The notes beneath the pieces were generated by a model that saw only the letters and a list, made by a program, of their open reading frames with translations, was not told the DNA's origin and did not search any database. 64,000 bases of DNA from Selaginella moellendorffii (taxonomy: Eukaryota > Plantae > Lycopodiophyta), in NCBI RefSeq assembly GCF_000143415.4, contig NW_003314277.1, positions 1,454,493-1,518,492 on the forward strand, given 5' to 3'. Of this stretch, positions 47,926 to 57,315 are shown piece after piece. Each line of letters starts with the position of its first letter. Positions within the stretch are counted from its first letter, which is position 1. A program made the position numbers and the translations under genes.

Positions 47926-49727
47926 CTAGTTCACCGAGTGGCAGTACTTTCGAACCTGTCCACTCTGTCCCGTCAAGACATTGCTGGACGTGAGCTTGAC
48001 GAAAGCCGAAGAGAATGTGTCGAGGAAGAGCTGCTGGTTCGTGGAGAAGCGCGCTACCACGGGCGACGTGCGGCTGTCCAGCGCAAGCTCCGAATCGATG
48101 GTGAAGAGCCCCTGCCCGTTCATAAGGTCCCGGAAGTACTGGTTGTCAAAGACGAGGTTGGTCATATCGTTGTTGATCACTGTAATGTTGTTGAGCATCC
48201 GGGGATTGGCCGTCGGGCACTGGACTCTCAGCCGGCTCGCAAACAGGAGGCCGATCTTACTGTCCTGGTTTGGATAGAGCCGATTCACAATGTTGACGCA
48301 GTGCCCGACTCCAATTGTGTGAGCTCCTGGAATGCAAAAGTACAGAAGTTCGGATCAATCGTCCTTGGAAAGTGTCCTGGAAAGAAAAGCCTTTGAGACG
48401 TACCGATGATTGCAACGCTTTCGTCCAGAGAGAGGCCCTTGGATGCGAAGAGGCTGATGAAGTTGTCGACGCTTACGGTTGCTGGAGGCAAGAGCCTGTC
48501 GGCTGCGGCGTTGGAAGCGGCTGTGCCGTCTCTTCTTCCTGTGAGCACGGGGATGGTCGGGCCTCCGGTGAAGACGATGGATTCTCTGGCCACCAGAACG
48601 ATGATGTCCGCGCACGAGACGACTCCCGGACAGGCGGCCTCCAGCATCGACTTGATCCTGTCGATGAAATCCAAGCGGCGGATGCCAAAGTTCTTGTCCG
48701 AGTCTCTTTCGCTTTTGATGGAACCTTTCGAGTCGAGCAAGATGGACGCGTCGCAACCCTGTAGAACAAAACGTATAAAAAAGCATGAAAAGGAAACGAG
48801 AAAAATGCTTACCCCGACTTGGCAGTCGTGAAAAGCCAGCCGAAGGAGAGCTGCGGGTGCTGTTGGATCGGTAATAAAATTCCCAGAGAAGGCAGCTCGC
48901 ACAATGCTCTCCGCATTTGGACACGATGACGAGTAGAAACCGACTCTTAGACCTGAGTTACCACCGCTGCTCCCAGACGCATCACCTCCGCCGGCATTCG
49001 GGCTACCAAAACCAATTCCACTGCCTCCTCCATTGCCGATATTCCCTCCAGGACTGCCAAAACTCCCTCCGCTTCCACCACCAATTCCGCTGCCTCCTCC
49101 ACTGCCGATGTTCCCTCCAGGACTGCCAAAACTCCCTCCGCTTCCACCACCAAAGTTAGAACCCGGACTACCTCCATTGCCAAAATTTCCTCCGCTTCCA
49201 CCACCGAAGTTAGAACCCGGACCTCCTCCATTGCCAAAATTCCCTCCACTTCCACCACCAAAGTTCGAACCCGGACCACCTCCATTGCCAAAATTCCCTC
49301 CACTTCCACCTCCAAAATTGGAACCCGGACCACCACCTCCAAAGTTGGAACCTGGGCCACCACCTCCATTCCCAAAGCTTCCACCGCTTCCACCCCCAAA
49401 GTTGGAACCTGGGCCACCACCGCCATTTCCAAAGCTCCCCCCACTTCCACCCCCAAAGTTGGAACCAGGCCCTCCCCCGTTTCCAAAGTTTCCTCCACCA
49501 CCACCAAAGTTACCGCCGTTGCCTCCACCAAAGTTACCGCCACTTCCATCACCGATGTTGGGACCTCCACCCCCGTTAAATCTACCCCTGCACCTGTAAT
49601 AATCGCCGTCGTCGTGGTCCGGACAATGGTGCGCCGGTTCCATGACTTCGCTTGTTTCCCTTGCTGCCGAAGACATTGTAGCTACTAGCATCACTGAAAG
49701 GAGCAGCATTCCCCTGTAAGTCTTCAT
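47926..49727 (-). CDS. Secreted class III peroxidase (PER29-like HDCQV) with a ~200-aa N-terminal Gly-rich repeat region; 3 exons
   Basis: Signal MKTYRGMLLLSVMLVATMSSA, (GGGSGGNFGNGGGPGSNF)n, GFYSSSCPNAESIV, LLRLAFHDCQV|GCDASILL, VSCADI, GAHTIG, FDNQYF and GQVRKYC. Confidence 0.95.
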
Positions 49728-50819
49728 TCTAGCACCTCCTCCTAATGATCGAGCTAAGTACTTGCCGGAAAGAGCAGCGAAGAATGCTGCTAGAGAGTTC
49801 ATGATAAAGCTCACCAGTCTCCACAGCTGAAGGAGTAACCAGGATCGTCGTTGTCAACGGCGCTCTTCTTGTTGCTGCGCTCTTCTTGTTGCGGCGCTCT
49901 TCTCGCTCCCCTTTGATCCTTCTAGGATGGGAAGAAAAGACGAGGTAATAAGACACTGCTTTTCCTGCTCTAGAAGTTACCTCGCTCTCAGTCTTAGCAG
50001 CAGCACTCCTGCATTCAATGCACACCACTGTCCTGCCTCAACCTCGTGGCTTGCGTAAGGAAAAGACCACTACCAGTGGCCTCGGTTCCTGGCGAGGAGA
50101 GCAAAACTCTATCAGCTTCGTTCTCTTGTCTTCCACTCTCTAGCCACATTCCACGGTGGAAGGGAACTGAGAGAATCTAGAAGCCGCTGCAAAACGACGA
50201 CCCTCCTCCGTGGAAAGACGGTCTCCTGCTTTTTCAAGCACCACCAGAGCCAGACGGGCCAGCCTTTCCTTTTCGCGCTTGTATGACGGTGCGGAATGAA
50301 TGCCATCTCTTGTGTAGAGCACTTAGCGTGAGAGGTCCTGACCCCTCTGTCCCTGCACAATGAAATCACGTGCAGCTTGTTATACCCGAAACTAGGCAGC
50401 TCTTAGCACAAGAGATGTGTTTGATCTTACTTCTTAGTGTCGCTAGCTGCCCGATCACATCGCTGCTATGAATGCAACGCGGAATTTGGCTTCTCAAAAC
50501 GTCTGTTTCTCTCTGATGCACCACCACGGAACAGGCTTTATAAAATTAAAGCGATTCACACCCCTTGCATGCTCTTTACCAGCTTACTCCAGGAAAATTT
50601 CCCAGATCAAGTTAGGCGAAGATCTGCTACAGGAAGGCATCCGAGTTATATTTTCATATGTTTTGTTTAAAGATCGAGACTTACGCCGAAATAACGCGCC
50701 GATATGTCTGGTAGCAAGTATTTGCATGTTGCGTGCCGACATCCTGGGGAAAAAAGCCATAAACAAGAACAAGGATATTGCTGCAACTGATCCTGTTATT
50801 CAACTGTCTCTACAGTATG

Positions 50820-52489
50820 CTACGTAAACAAAAATCGTGTTGCCAAAACTCTCACTTCTGAGTGGTCACCTGGCTTTTGCCTAAGAATCGACGCCTGTAA
50901 ATTTGAACAGAATAGATTAGAGATGCATTTGAAGCGGACTCGATGTTTAAACCTTGGGCCGCTCCATGAAGTTCGCAAAATATCCTATACCAAATGATGG
51001 AGCAGTGTGTGCTGCGAGGAATTCAACTCCTTCCAATCTATTAGGCTGGAAAACAATCATTATAGATTTTAAACCACATATATCACTTACGAATGACTTG
51101 AAAGACTGTAGAAGTAGAATCCCAGCATCCTGTTTTTGACTGTCTAAGTGTCCTTGATTAAGCTTCAGTAAAATGTCTGAGCAAACGCTTACGGGGCCAG
51201 CATCTGACCTGTTACAACCAGAGAAGTAAGTACGATCAAAGTCCAACGAAAAACATACTCCCACAAAGAATCGCAGCATTCACGCGCCAAAAGAGACTTG
51301 ATAAGCCTCTCTCCTGCTCCTGATGTGCTGCAACCCACGGAAGATGATAAGTTTGATGTTGCCCAGCAACCGCATCCATACACCGCAGCAAGTCCGACTC
51401 GACCTTTAGCCTGCAGCTCTTGGGGATTAGCAACATGATAATCCAAAGAAAACGAAGAATAACGGACTTTCATAGCAATACCACCACTAGAAACTCCAGC
51501 CGAAATATTTCCTTTGTCGTCCACGCACACTGCACCAACCGTGTCCTGCATCACGTCCTCTCTGCTTAAATTACTCTCTGGCTGTTCTGGTCAAGAAAGA
51601 CAATCCAAGTAAGAAAAGAAATTCGGAAACGACGAATCCATACTTGTCATCATGTTCTTATACTTGAGCCATTGCTCCTTGGATCTATTCGTGACAAGCT
51701 GTAAAAGAAGCACTGTAATCAGCAACAACTACGGATTATCAATCACAAACCGTATGCTCCGGACTCTCCATGGTTTCGATTCCATGCTCTTTGGCCCATT
51801 GCCTCGCGCCATCGCCAACTATAAAACTGGAAGCCCAACACTAAGATGATACAGGGAAGAATCAATCAGACATACATGGGTGGAATTAATCCAAGCGAGG
51901 AAGAACCGTGTCTACTTTCTTTAGCCAAAAGCGCAGCTACCTCGATAGGATTTGAGACACCTAGAATTCTTCGCTTGAGCGGACAGAAGAAAAAAAAAAT
52001 TACAAAGGTTTTACCTGAAGTAGCACCAACAGCACCAAACGATCCCGAGTCATCCATTATGCTAGCATCGCACTCCACGTTTCCCTCTTGAGTCAGATTG
52101 GACCCTCGACCAGCATTCGTAATTTCATCATCCTGGAAAATTCATGAGAGATAGAACACGATTGAAGCATTCTTAATCACCTCCAAGGCTTTGATCGCTG
52201 CCACAACGGCATCCATGCTGGTCCCGGAGCTCTAAAGAATCCGCAAGAATTTCGTAAGAACTCGAAACCAAGGGAGCAAATAAGCCGCATTCTCCCAAAA
52301 TTTCCATCAGATCAATCAAGCCCCAGCTCCCACAAGAGAAATCGCGCAATCTACCTGGGAGAGAACCGCGGCGGCGGCCAGACAAGCTCGCCGCATCGCC
52401 CTGCGGTAGTTCTTGGAATTGGATTGAGCGTGGTAGCCAGCGCCGACGTGAACAGCCACGAAGAAGCGCGCCTTGCTCTTCATCGCCAT
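50820..52489 (-). CDS. Threonine aspartase (taspase-1-like, Ntn-hydrolase), multi-exon
   Basis: FVAVHVGAGYH, TNAGRGSNLTQEGNVECDASIMD, FGAVGA, DTVGAVCVD (autocleavage Thr), SSGGIAMK…GRVGLAAVYGCGCWA and SGAGE. Confidence 0.93.
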
Positions 52490-52595
52490 TCCCGCCCGCC
52501 CTAAAACCCTAGAACAAACGTATTGTCCAACTCATAGTCCTACGTGGCAAAATGCTTCAAAACCATGGAAAAGGAGATTAGGGTTCTTCAGAAAC

Positions 52596-53210
52596 ATGGC
52601 AAGGGTAAAGCCTACAATGGTGCTCGACTTGGACAACACGCTCGTCTACGCGCACACGGACATGGTGGCCGGATCAGACTTCACAATGGAGCGCGCGGGC
52701 GAGGAATCTCCACTGTTTATAATGAAGAGGCCCGGAGTGGATGCGTTTCTAAAGAGGATTTCCAAGGTTTTCCGGCTGGTGGTGTTTAGCGCTGGGGTGG
52801 AGGAGTATGTGAACTTCGTCGTTGATCACTTGGATCCAGCAAAGACTATGATCTGGAAAAAGCTTCATAGTGGGCACTGCAAGATCGATGAGGGAACCAA
52901 ATTCAAGGATCTGGGTTTTGCCGATCGAGAGTTTCGTGGTGTGGATTTGAAGAGGCTGGTTGCGTTGGATGATCTTGTGGATTTCTACGCAAAGGAGTAC
53001 AGGGAGAACGTCGTCAGGGCTGAGAAGTTCGAGGGATCGCCCGGGGATTGCTTTCTCCAGGGACTGGCGCCGTTTCTTCTGGCGCTAGCCAAGCTCCCAG
53101 ATTTCAGGAGGGCGATCGTTTGCTACAACAATGGCGAGTGCAAGGAGATGAATGGTAGGGTTTACATCAAGGACGCCTTCGATGATAGCTGGGTGGATGC
53201 CTCTCTGTGA
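52596..53210 (+). CDS. SCP/CTDSP-like NIF HAD phosphatase, intronless
   Basis: TMVLDLDNTLV (DxDxT), KRPGVDAFL, VVFSAG..EY…VDHLDP, KDL and ALDD. Confidence 0.9.
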   Translation: MARVKPTMVLDLDNTLVYAHTDMVAGSDFTMERAGEESPLFIMKRPGVDAFLKRISKVFRLVVFSAGVEEYVNFVVDHLDPAKTMIWKKLHSGHCKIDEGTKFKDLGFADREFRGVDLKRLVALDDLVDFYAKEYRENVVRAEKFEGSPGDCFLQGLAPFLLALAKLPDFRRAIVCYNNGECKEMNGRVYIKDAFDDSWVDASL

Positions 53211-53662
53211 GAACAAAGCTTGTAAACTATTATCATTTGACAATCTCATGGTTTGAGAGGAAAAAATACAAAGAACTTCCTAATTTTCTTTATTTCGGAG
53301 CGATCCTAGATTCGATCGATTTTACATTGGATCATTTCTTCGTCTCTTTCTCCTGTGCTTTGGCCGGCGGCTTCTGCTGGGCAGAATGCTACAAAGAATC
53401 AATCCCCAAAACAGAGAATTAGGGCTGTGGGTTGGATGGAGCGCTTACCAGCAGCAATCCAGCGGCGACCGAGACGCCCAGCACAGCCGAGAAGGCAGCT
53501 GCGGTGCCCGTGAGGAGATTCCACCGTCTGAAGATCATCGCTCCCGCGAAGAGCCCTAAAACCGAAAACCCTAAAAGCTTTAGGGTTCTTGGGTCGTTTA
53601 CCTTTACCGTTGACTATAGCCTTTACTGTACTTAAAATGTTTTTTAGGGTTCTTCGCGAGAA

Positions 53663-54676
53663 ATGGAGCTGGAAGACGGTGAGATTGCCCCTGCGACTGT
53701 GTCTTCTCTTTCTCTAGCGGCTGCAGCATCGGCAGCGTCAGCGGCGGCGGTGGATGAAACGGGCTCCACGAAATCCGATAATGCCGGTGAGAACGAGCAA
53801 TCACCCGGGGCGGCGCCAGTGGTCACAGCCTGGGCGACGGTGACACGCTGTGCTAGCTCGGATCGAGTGCGATCGCTGTTTGGGAGTTCGCAGCGCCATT
53901 CCGCCGACGGCACCCAGTGCTCCGATCCAGGGTTTGTGGAGCTTGCCACGCTCCGACACAAGGAGCTCTACGGCGTGGAACCACCGCTCTCGCGCCTCCC
54001 CATCAAGTTCCTCCGCTACTGCTACCTCGAATACTTTGGCAAGCGAATCGTGGACTACGCCGCGGTTACCCGATCTCACGAGCATCACACCGAGAACCAC
54101 CGCCGCCGCCGCGCCGCCCGTGTCGCCGCCAAGAAGATCGCCTCCACCTCTGCCGCCGCCAAGAAGATCGCCGCCACCTCCGCCGCCGCCGCCAAGTCGC
54201 TGTCTTTGCCGTTCCGCGACGTTCCAAAGAGGCCGAGGACGTCGGGAAAGGCGAACGATCTGATCATGCCCCGGCTCAAGCTCACGATCAAGGAGCTCCG
54301 GCTGGCGGAGATCCGGTGCCGCGAGCTGGAGGAGCGAGTCAAGGAGGCGGAGGAGATCAAGTCTAGAGCTCGGAGTGGCGGCAATGGTGGCGGGCGGAGC
54401 TATAATCCGAGAATGGTTCCCACGCCGCTGGAGGAGCTCCGGGGGCGGCCGCTGGGGTCAGGGTTTAGCGAAGAGGAGAAGAGGAAGGAGTGCCCGGTTT
54501 GCTTCGCGAGGTTCTCCAGCGAGGGGTGGTACCGGCTGGGGTCTTGCGGCCACGAGTACCATCTCCAGTGCTTGATGCTGCATGCCTTGTGCGCTTGCTC
54601 TTGCGCGGTGTGTGACTCAGAGATCCCGCTCGAGTTCTACAAAGCCATTGGGCAGGAGGATCACCGGCCCGCGTGA
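53663..54676 (+). CDS. Intronless protein with coiled segment and C-terminal RING-H2 finger
   Basis: CPVC…SCGHEYHLQC…SCAVC. Confidence 0.8.
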   Translation: MELEDGEIAPATVSSLSLAAAASAASAAAVDETGSTKSDNAGENEQSPGAAPVVTAWATVTRCASSDRVRSLFGSSQRHSADGTQCSDPGFVELATLRHKELYGVEPPLSRLPIKFLRYCYLEYFGKRIVDYAAVTRSHEHHTENHRRRRAARVAAKKIASTSAAAKKIAATSAAAAKSLSLPFRDVPKRPRTSGKANDLIMPRLKLTIKELRLAEIRCRELEERVKEAEEIKSRARSGGNGGGRSYNPRMVPTPLEELRGRPLGSGFSEEEKRKECPVCFARFSSEGWYRLGSCGHEYHLQCLMLHALCACSCAVCDSEIPLEFYKAIGQEDHRPA

Positions 54677-55246
54677 GCGAGAGTTGGCGATTCAGTGTTT
54701 TTTGGTGTATAAAAATATCTTGCAATGAGTTATTATATGTTATATTATTATTATTATTATGTAAAACAATAAAGTTTTCTTGCGGTTAACATTATTATCG
54801 TTGAAAAATATTTCTTTATTAAAATTACATGATTTACAACAGACTAAGAATAATATTAGACTATTAAGCATGAGTTTCCACAGATTTTTTTTAATTAAAG
54901 TAATCATACAGTTTTTTTATCTAAAACTACTAAACTTTGAATAAACATAGACAATATTTGACATTGTTCGTTCATAAGTCATCTTTTTCCTTATAATTCG
55001 TTATTGAGTTTTGTTATAGATATTGAAAATGATTGGGATAAGTGGCTTGTGGAGGTGCTTATATATTAAATTTCAGTGCTTTATATGTTCAAGTCTACTA
55101 GAGGTACCATTAATGCAAAACCTGTTACACTATAGTTATTCTTATTCTCTTAATCTTAGTACTTATTTCCTAGACCACAATATTTCTTAGATCCTCCACT
55201 TAATCAGGATATACTCAGTTTAAGCTTTAAGCAAAGAATTTTCTTT

Positions 55247-57304
55247 TCACAAGCCTACTGATACAATAAAGGGTAGAGACTTTCCACCATCGAGACGAAT
55301 AACACTTCGTGCCGATCGAATAGCGCGCGCTCCATCCTTTTGCATCTTGGAGGCAGCTAGCAGGGCTCTCCATGCCGCGGCTCCAGAGGACGATCCTTGC
55401 TCCTCTTCTTCCTGCCGGATGATCTCTTCGGCGTTTTTGAGCTGGCCCGAGCGGCCCAAGATGTCCACCACCGAGCAGTAGTGCTCCATCGCCGGCGCAA
55501 GATGGTAGTCGGCACTCATCGAGAGGACAAACTCCCAGCACTCGGCGAGCAGCCCGAGATGGTTACAAGCCGTGAGAACTCCGGTGAAAGTGATCTCGTC
55601 GGCCAAGACTCCACCCAAGTTCATGAGCCGGAAGAAATCTAGCGTCGCCTGGCCGTGTCCAGCTCGAGCAGTGATCGTAATGACCAGGTTCCAGGAGATC
55701 AATCCCGTCTCGGGCATTCTCTCGAACATCCTAGCGGTAGCCCGAGCGTTTCCTTCGCAGGCGTACGCCGCCAGCATCGAGTCCCAGCTCACGAGGTTCC
55801 TTTCCGGCATGGACGCGAAGAGATCCTCGGCTTTCCTGGAGTTTTGAGCGTGTCCGGCGAGCAGCGAATTCCAGGATACCAAGTTGTGCTCGGGCATTCG
55901 GTCGAAGAGTTTCTTCGCTTCCTCGAGGTACCCGAGGCGACCGTAAGCCGCGATCATGGAGTTCCAGGAGATCACGCTGTGATGTGGCATCCTGTCCAGC
56001 AGCGACTTTGCGGCCTCCAAGTCCCCGCTTTGAGCGAGTGCCGCCACCATTGCGTTCCAGGACGAGGAGTTCCTTTCCGGCATTTGATCAAAGAGAGTTT
56101 TCGCCTCGGTGATCTTCCCGGCTTGAGCATGAGTCGTCAGCAGCATTGTCCACGCAACCACGTCTCTCTCTGCCATCCTGTCGAAGAGATCCATCGCTTC
56201 TACAGTGTAGCCGAGCTGAGCGTGCGCCGCCGCGATCGCAGTCCAGGAAACAACGTTGGACTCAGGCATTTCGCTGAAGATCTTCACTGCATCCTTGAGG
56301 AGCCCGACTCGAGCGTAGCCGGTTATCATGTCCGTGCACGAGAACACGTCGTGCTCGGGCACCGAGAGGAACATCCGCTTCGCCGACTCAAAGTTCCCGT
56401 TTTGGACGTGGAAGTGGATCATGGAGTTCCAGGAGACGATGTTCTTCCTCGGCATGGAGTGAAACACACTCTCGGCTCCTTCCAGATGCCCGCACCGGAT
56501 GTAAACCAGCAGCATGGCGTTCCAGGCCGTGACGTTCCTGTGCTGCATCCCATTGAAAACCTCTTGGGCTTGCTCCAGGCCACACTGTTGCGAGAGCAGC
56601 GTGACAATCGCAGTGGAGGACGCGGCATCCCACTCCGGCATCTCGAAGAACACTTCCCTGGCATCGCCCAAGTCCCCGGAGTGCTGGACAAAGGCTTGGA
56701 CGATGCAGCTCCAAGAGAGAACGCTCCGGATGGGAATTCTCCCCAGCAGTGATCTCGCTTTGCCAATATGCCCGCACAGGGCATAAGCGGCGATCATGGC
56801 ATTCCACGATACCAAGTCCCACTCTGGCATCTTGTCAAACACTTCCTTTGCTAGCGTGGCATTTCCCTGTTCTCCATACGCTTTGAGAAGAACGTTCCAC
56901 GAGATTATATCCTTCTGTAGCATAGTCGTGAAGAGCGATAGAACCTTGTGGATTTGCCCAGCCTGGGCATATGCCGAGATGATAGCATTTGAAGACACCA
57001 GGTTCCTCTCGGGCATTCTCGCGAAGATCTCCGCAGCGCGATCCAGATGCCCGTTCTGCGCATACGCTGTGAGAAGGATGTTCCAGGAGAAGAGATTGGG
57101 GCGGTCGATCAGGAAGAACACCTGTGTCGCGGCATCGATGCTGCCACAATCGGCGTACATCTCCACCAGGAGATTCAAGAGATACCTGTTCTTGCTGAAG
57201 CCACTGCGCTGGATGAGGCGATCGAGGCGCTGGCCACCGGAAAGATCCCTGATCTGCCCGTAATATCGGATCTTGGACGCGAGTTCTTCCAGATCGAGCG
57301 GCAT
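55247..57304 (-). CDS. PLS-class pentatricopeptide repeat protein (31-aa motif array, degenerate E, no DYW)
   Basis: Repeated F..MPE.N.VSW.A.. units, DEITFTGVLTACNHLG and EHYCSVVDILGRSG. Confidence 0.93.
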   Translation of the reverse strand: MPLDLEELASKIRYYGQIRDLSGGQRLDRLIQRSGFSKNRYLLNLLVEMYADCGSIDAATQVFFLIDRPNLFSWNILLTAYAQNGHLDRAAEIFARMPERNLVSSNAIISAYAQAGQIHKVLSLFTTMLQKDIISWNVLLKAYGEQGNATLAKEVFDKMPEWDLVSWNAMIAAYALCGHIGKARSLLGRIPIRSVLSWSCIVQAFVQHSGDLGDAREVFFEMPEWDAASSTAIVTLLSQQCGLEQAQEVFNGMQHRNVTAWNAMLLVYIRCGHLEGAESVFHSMPRKNIVSWNSMIHFHVQNGNFESAKRMFLSVPEHDVFSCTDMITGYARVGLLKDAVKIFSEMPESNVVSWTAIAAAHAQLGYTVEAMDLFDRMAERDVVAWTMLLTTHAQAGKITEAKTLFDQMPERNSSSWNAMVAALAQSGDLEAAKSLLDRMPHHSVISWNSMIAAYGRLGYLEEAKKLFDRMPEHNLVSWNSLLAGHAQNSRKAEDLFASMPERNLVSWDSMLAAYACEGNARATARMFERMPETGLISWNLVITITARAGHGQATLDFFRLMNLGGVLADEITFTGVLTACNHLGLLAECWEFVLSMSADYHLAPAMEHYCSVVDILGRSGQLKNAEEIIRQEEEEQGSSSGAAAWRALLAASKMQKDGARAIRSARSVIRLDGGKSLPFIVSVGL

Positions 57305-57315
57305 CGATCCATCAG

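Larger units (their letters stand above)
42861..48781 (+). repeat. Direct tandem duplication, units ~42861-45792 and ~45803-48781
   Basis: Both units begin TACAGTTGTTTCTCGCACTTGGGAAGC and end CTGTAGAACAAAACGTATAAAA. Each carries a Dof-like ORF, an AT-rich spacer and the last two peroxidase exons. Confidence 0.97.

Noticed and set aside
49033-49599. Pro-rich PPLPK-repeat ORF resembling an extensin/PRP
   Set aside because: Exact antisense of the Gly-rich peroxidase exon. Non-ATG start and no signal peptide.
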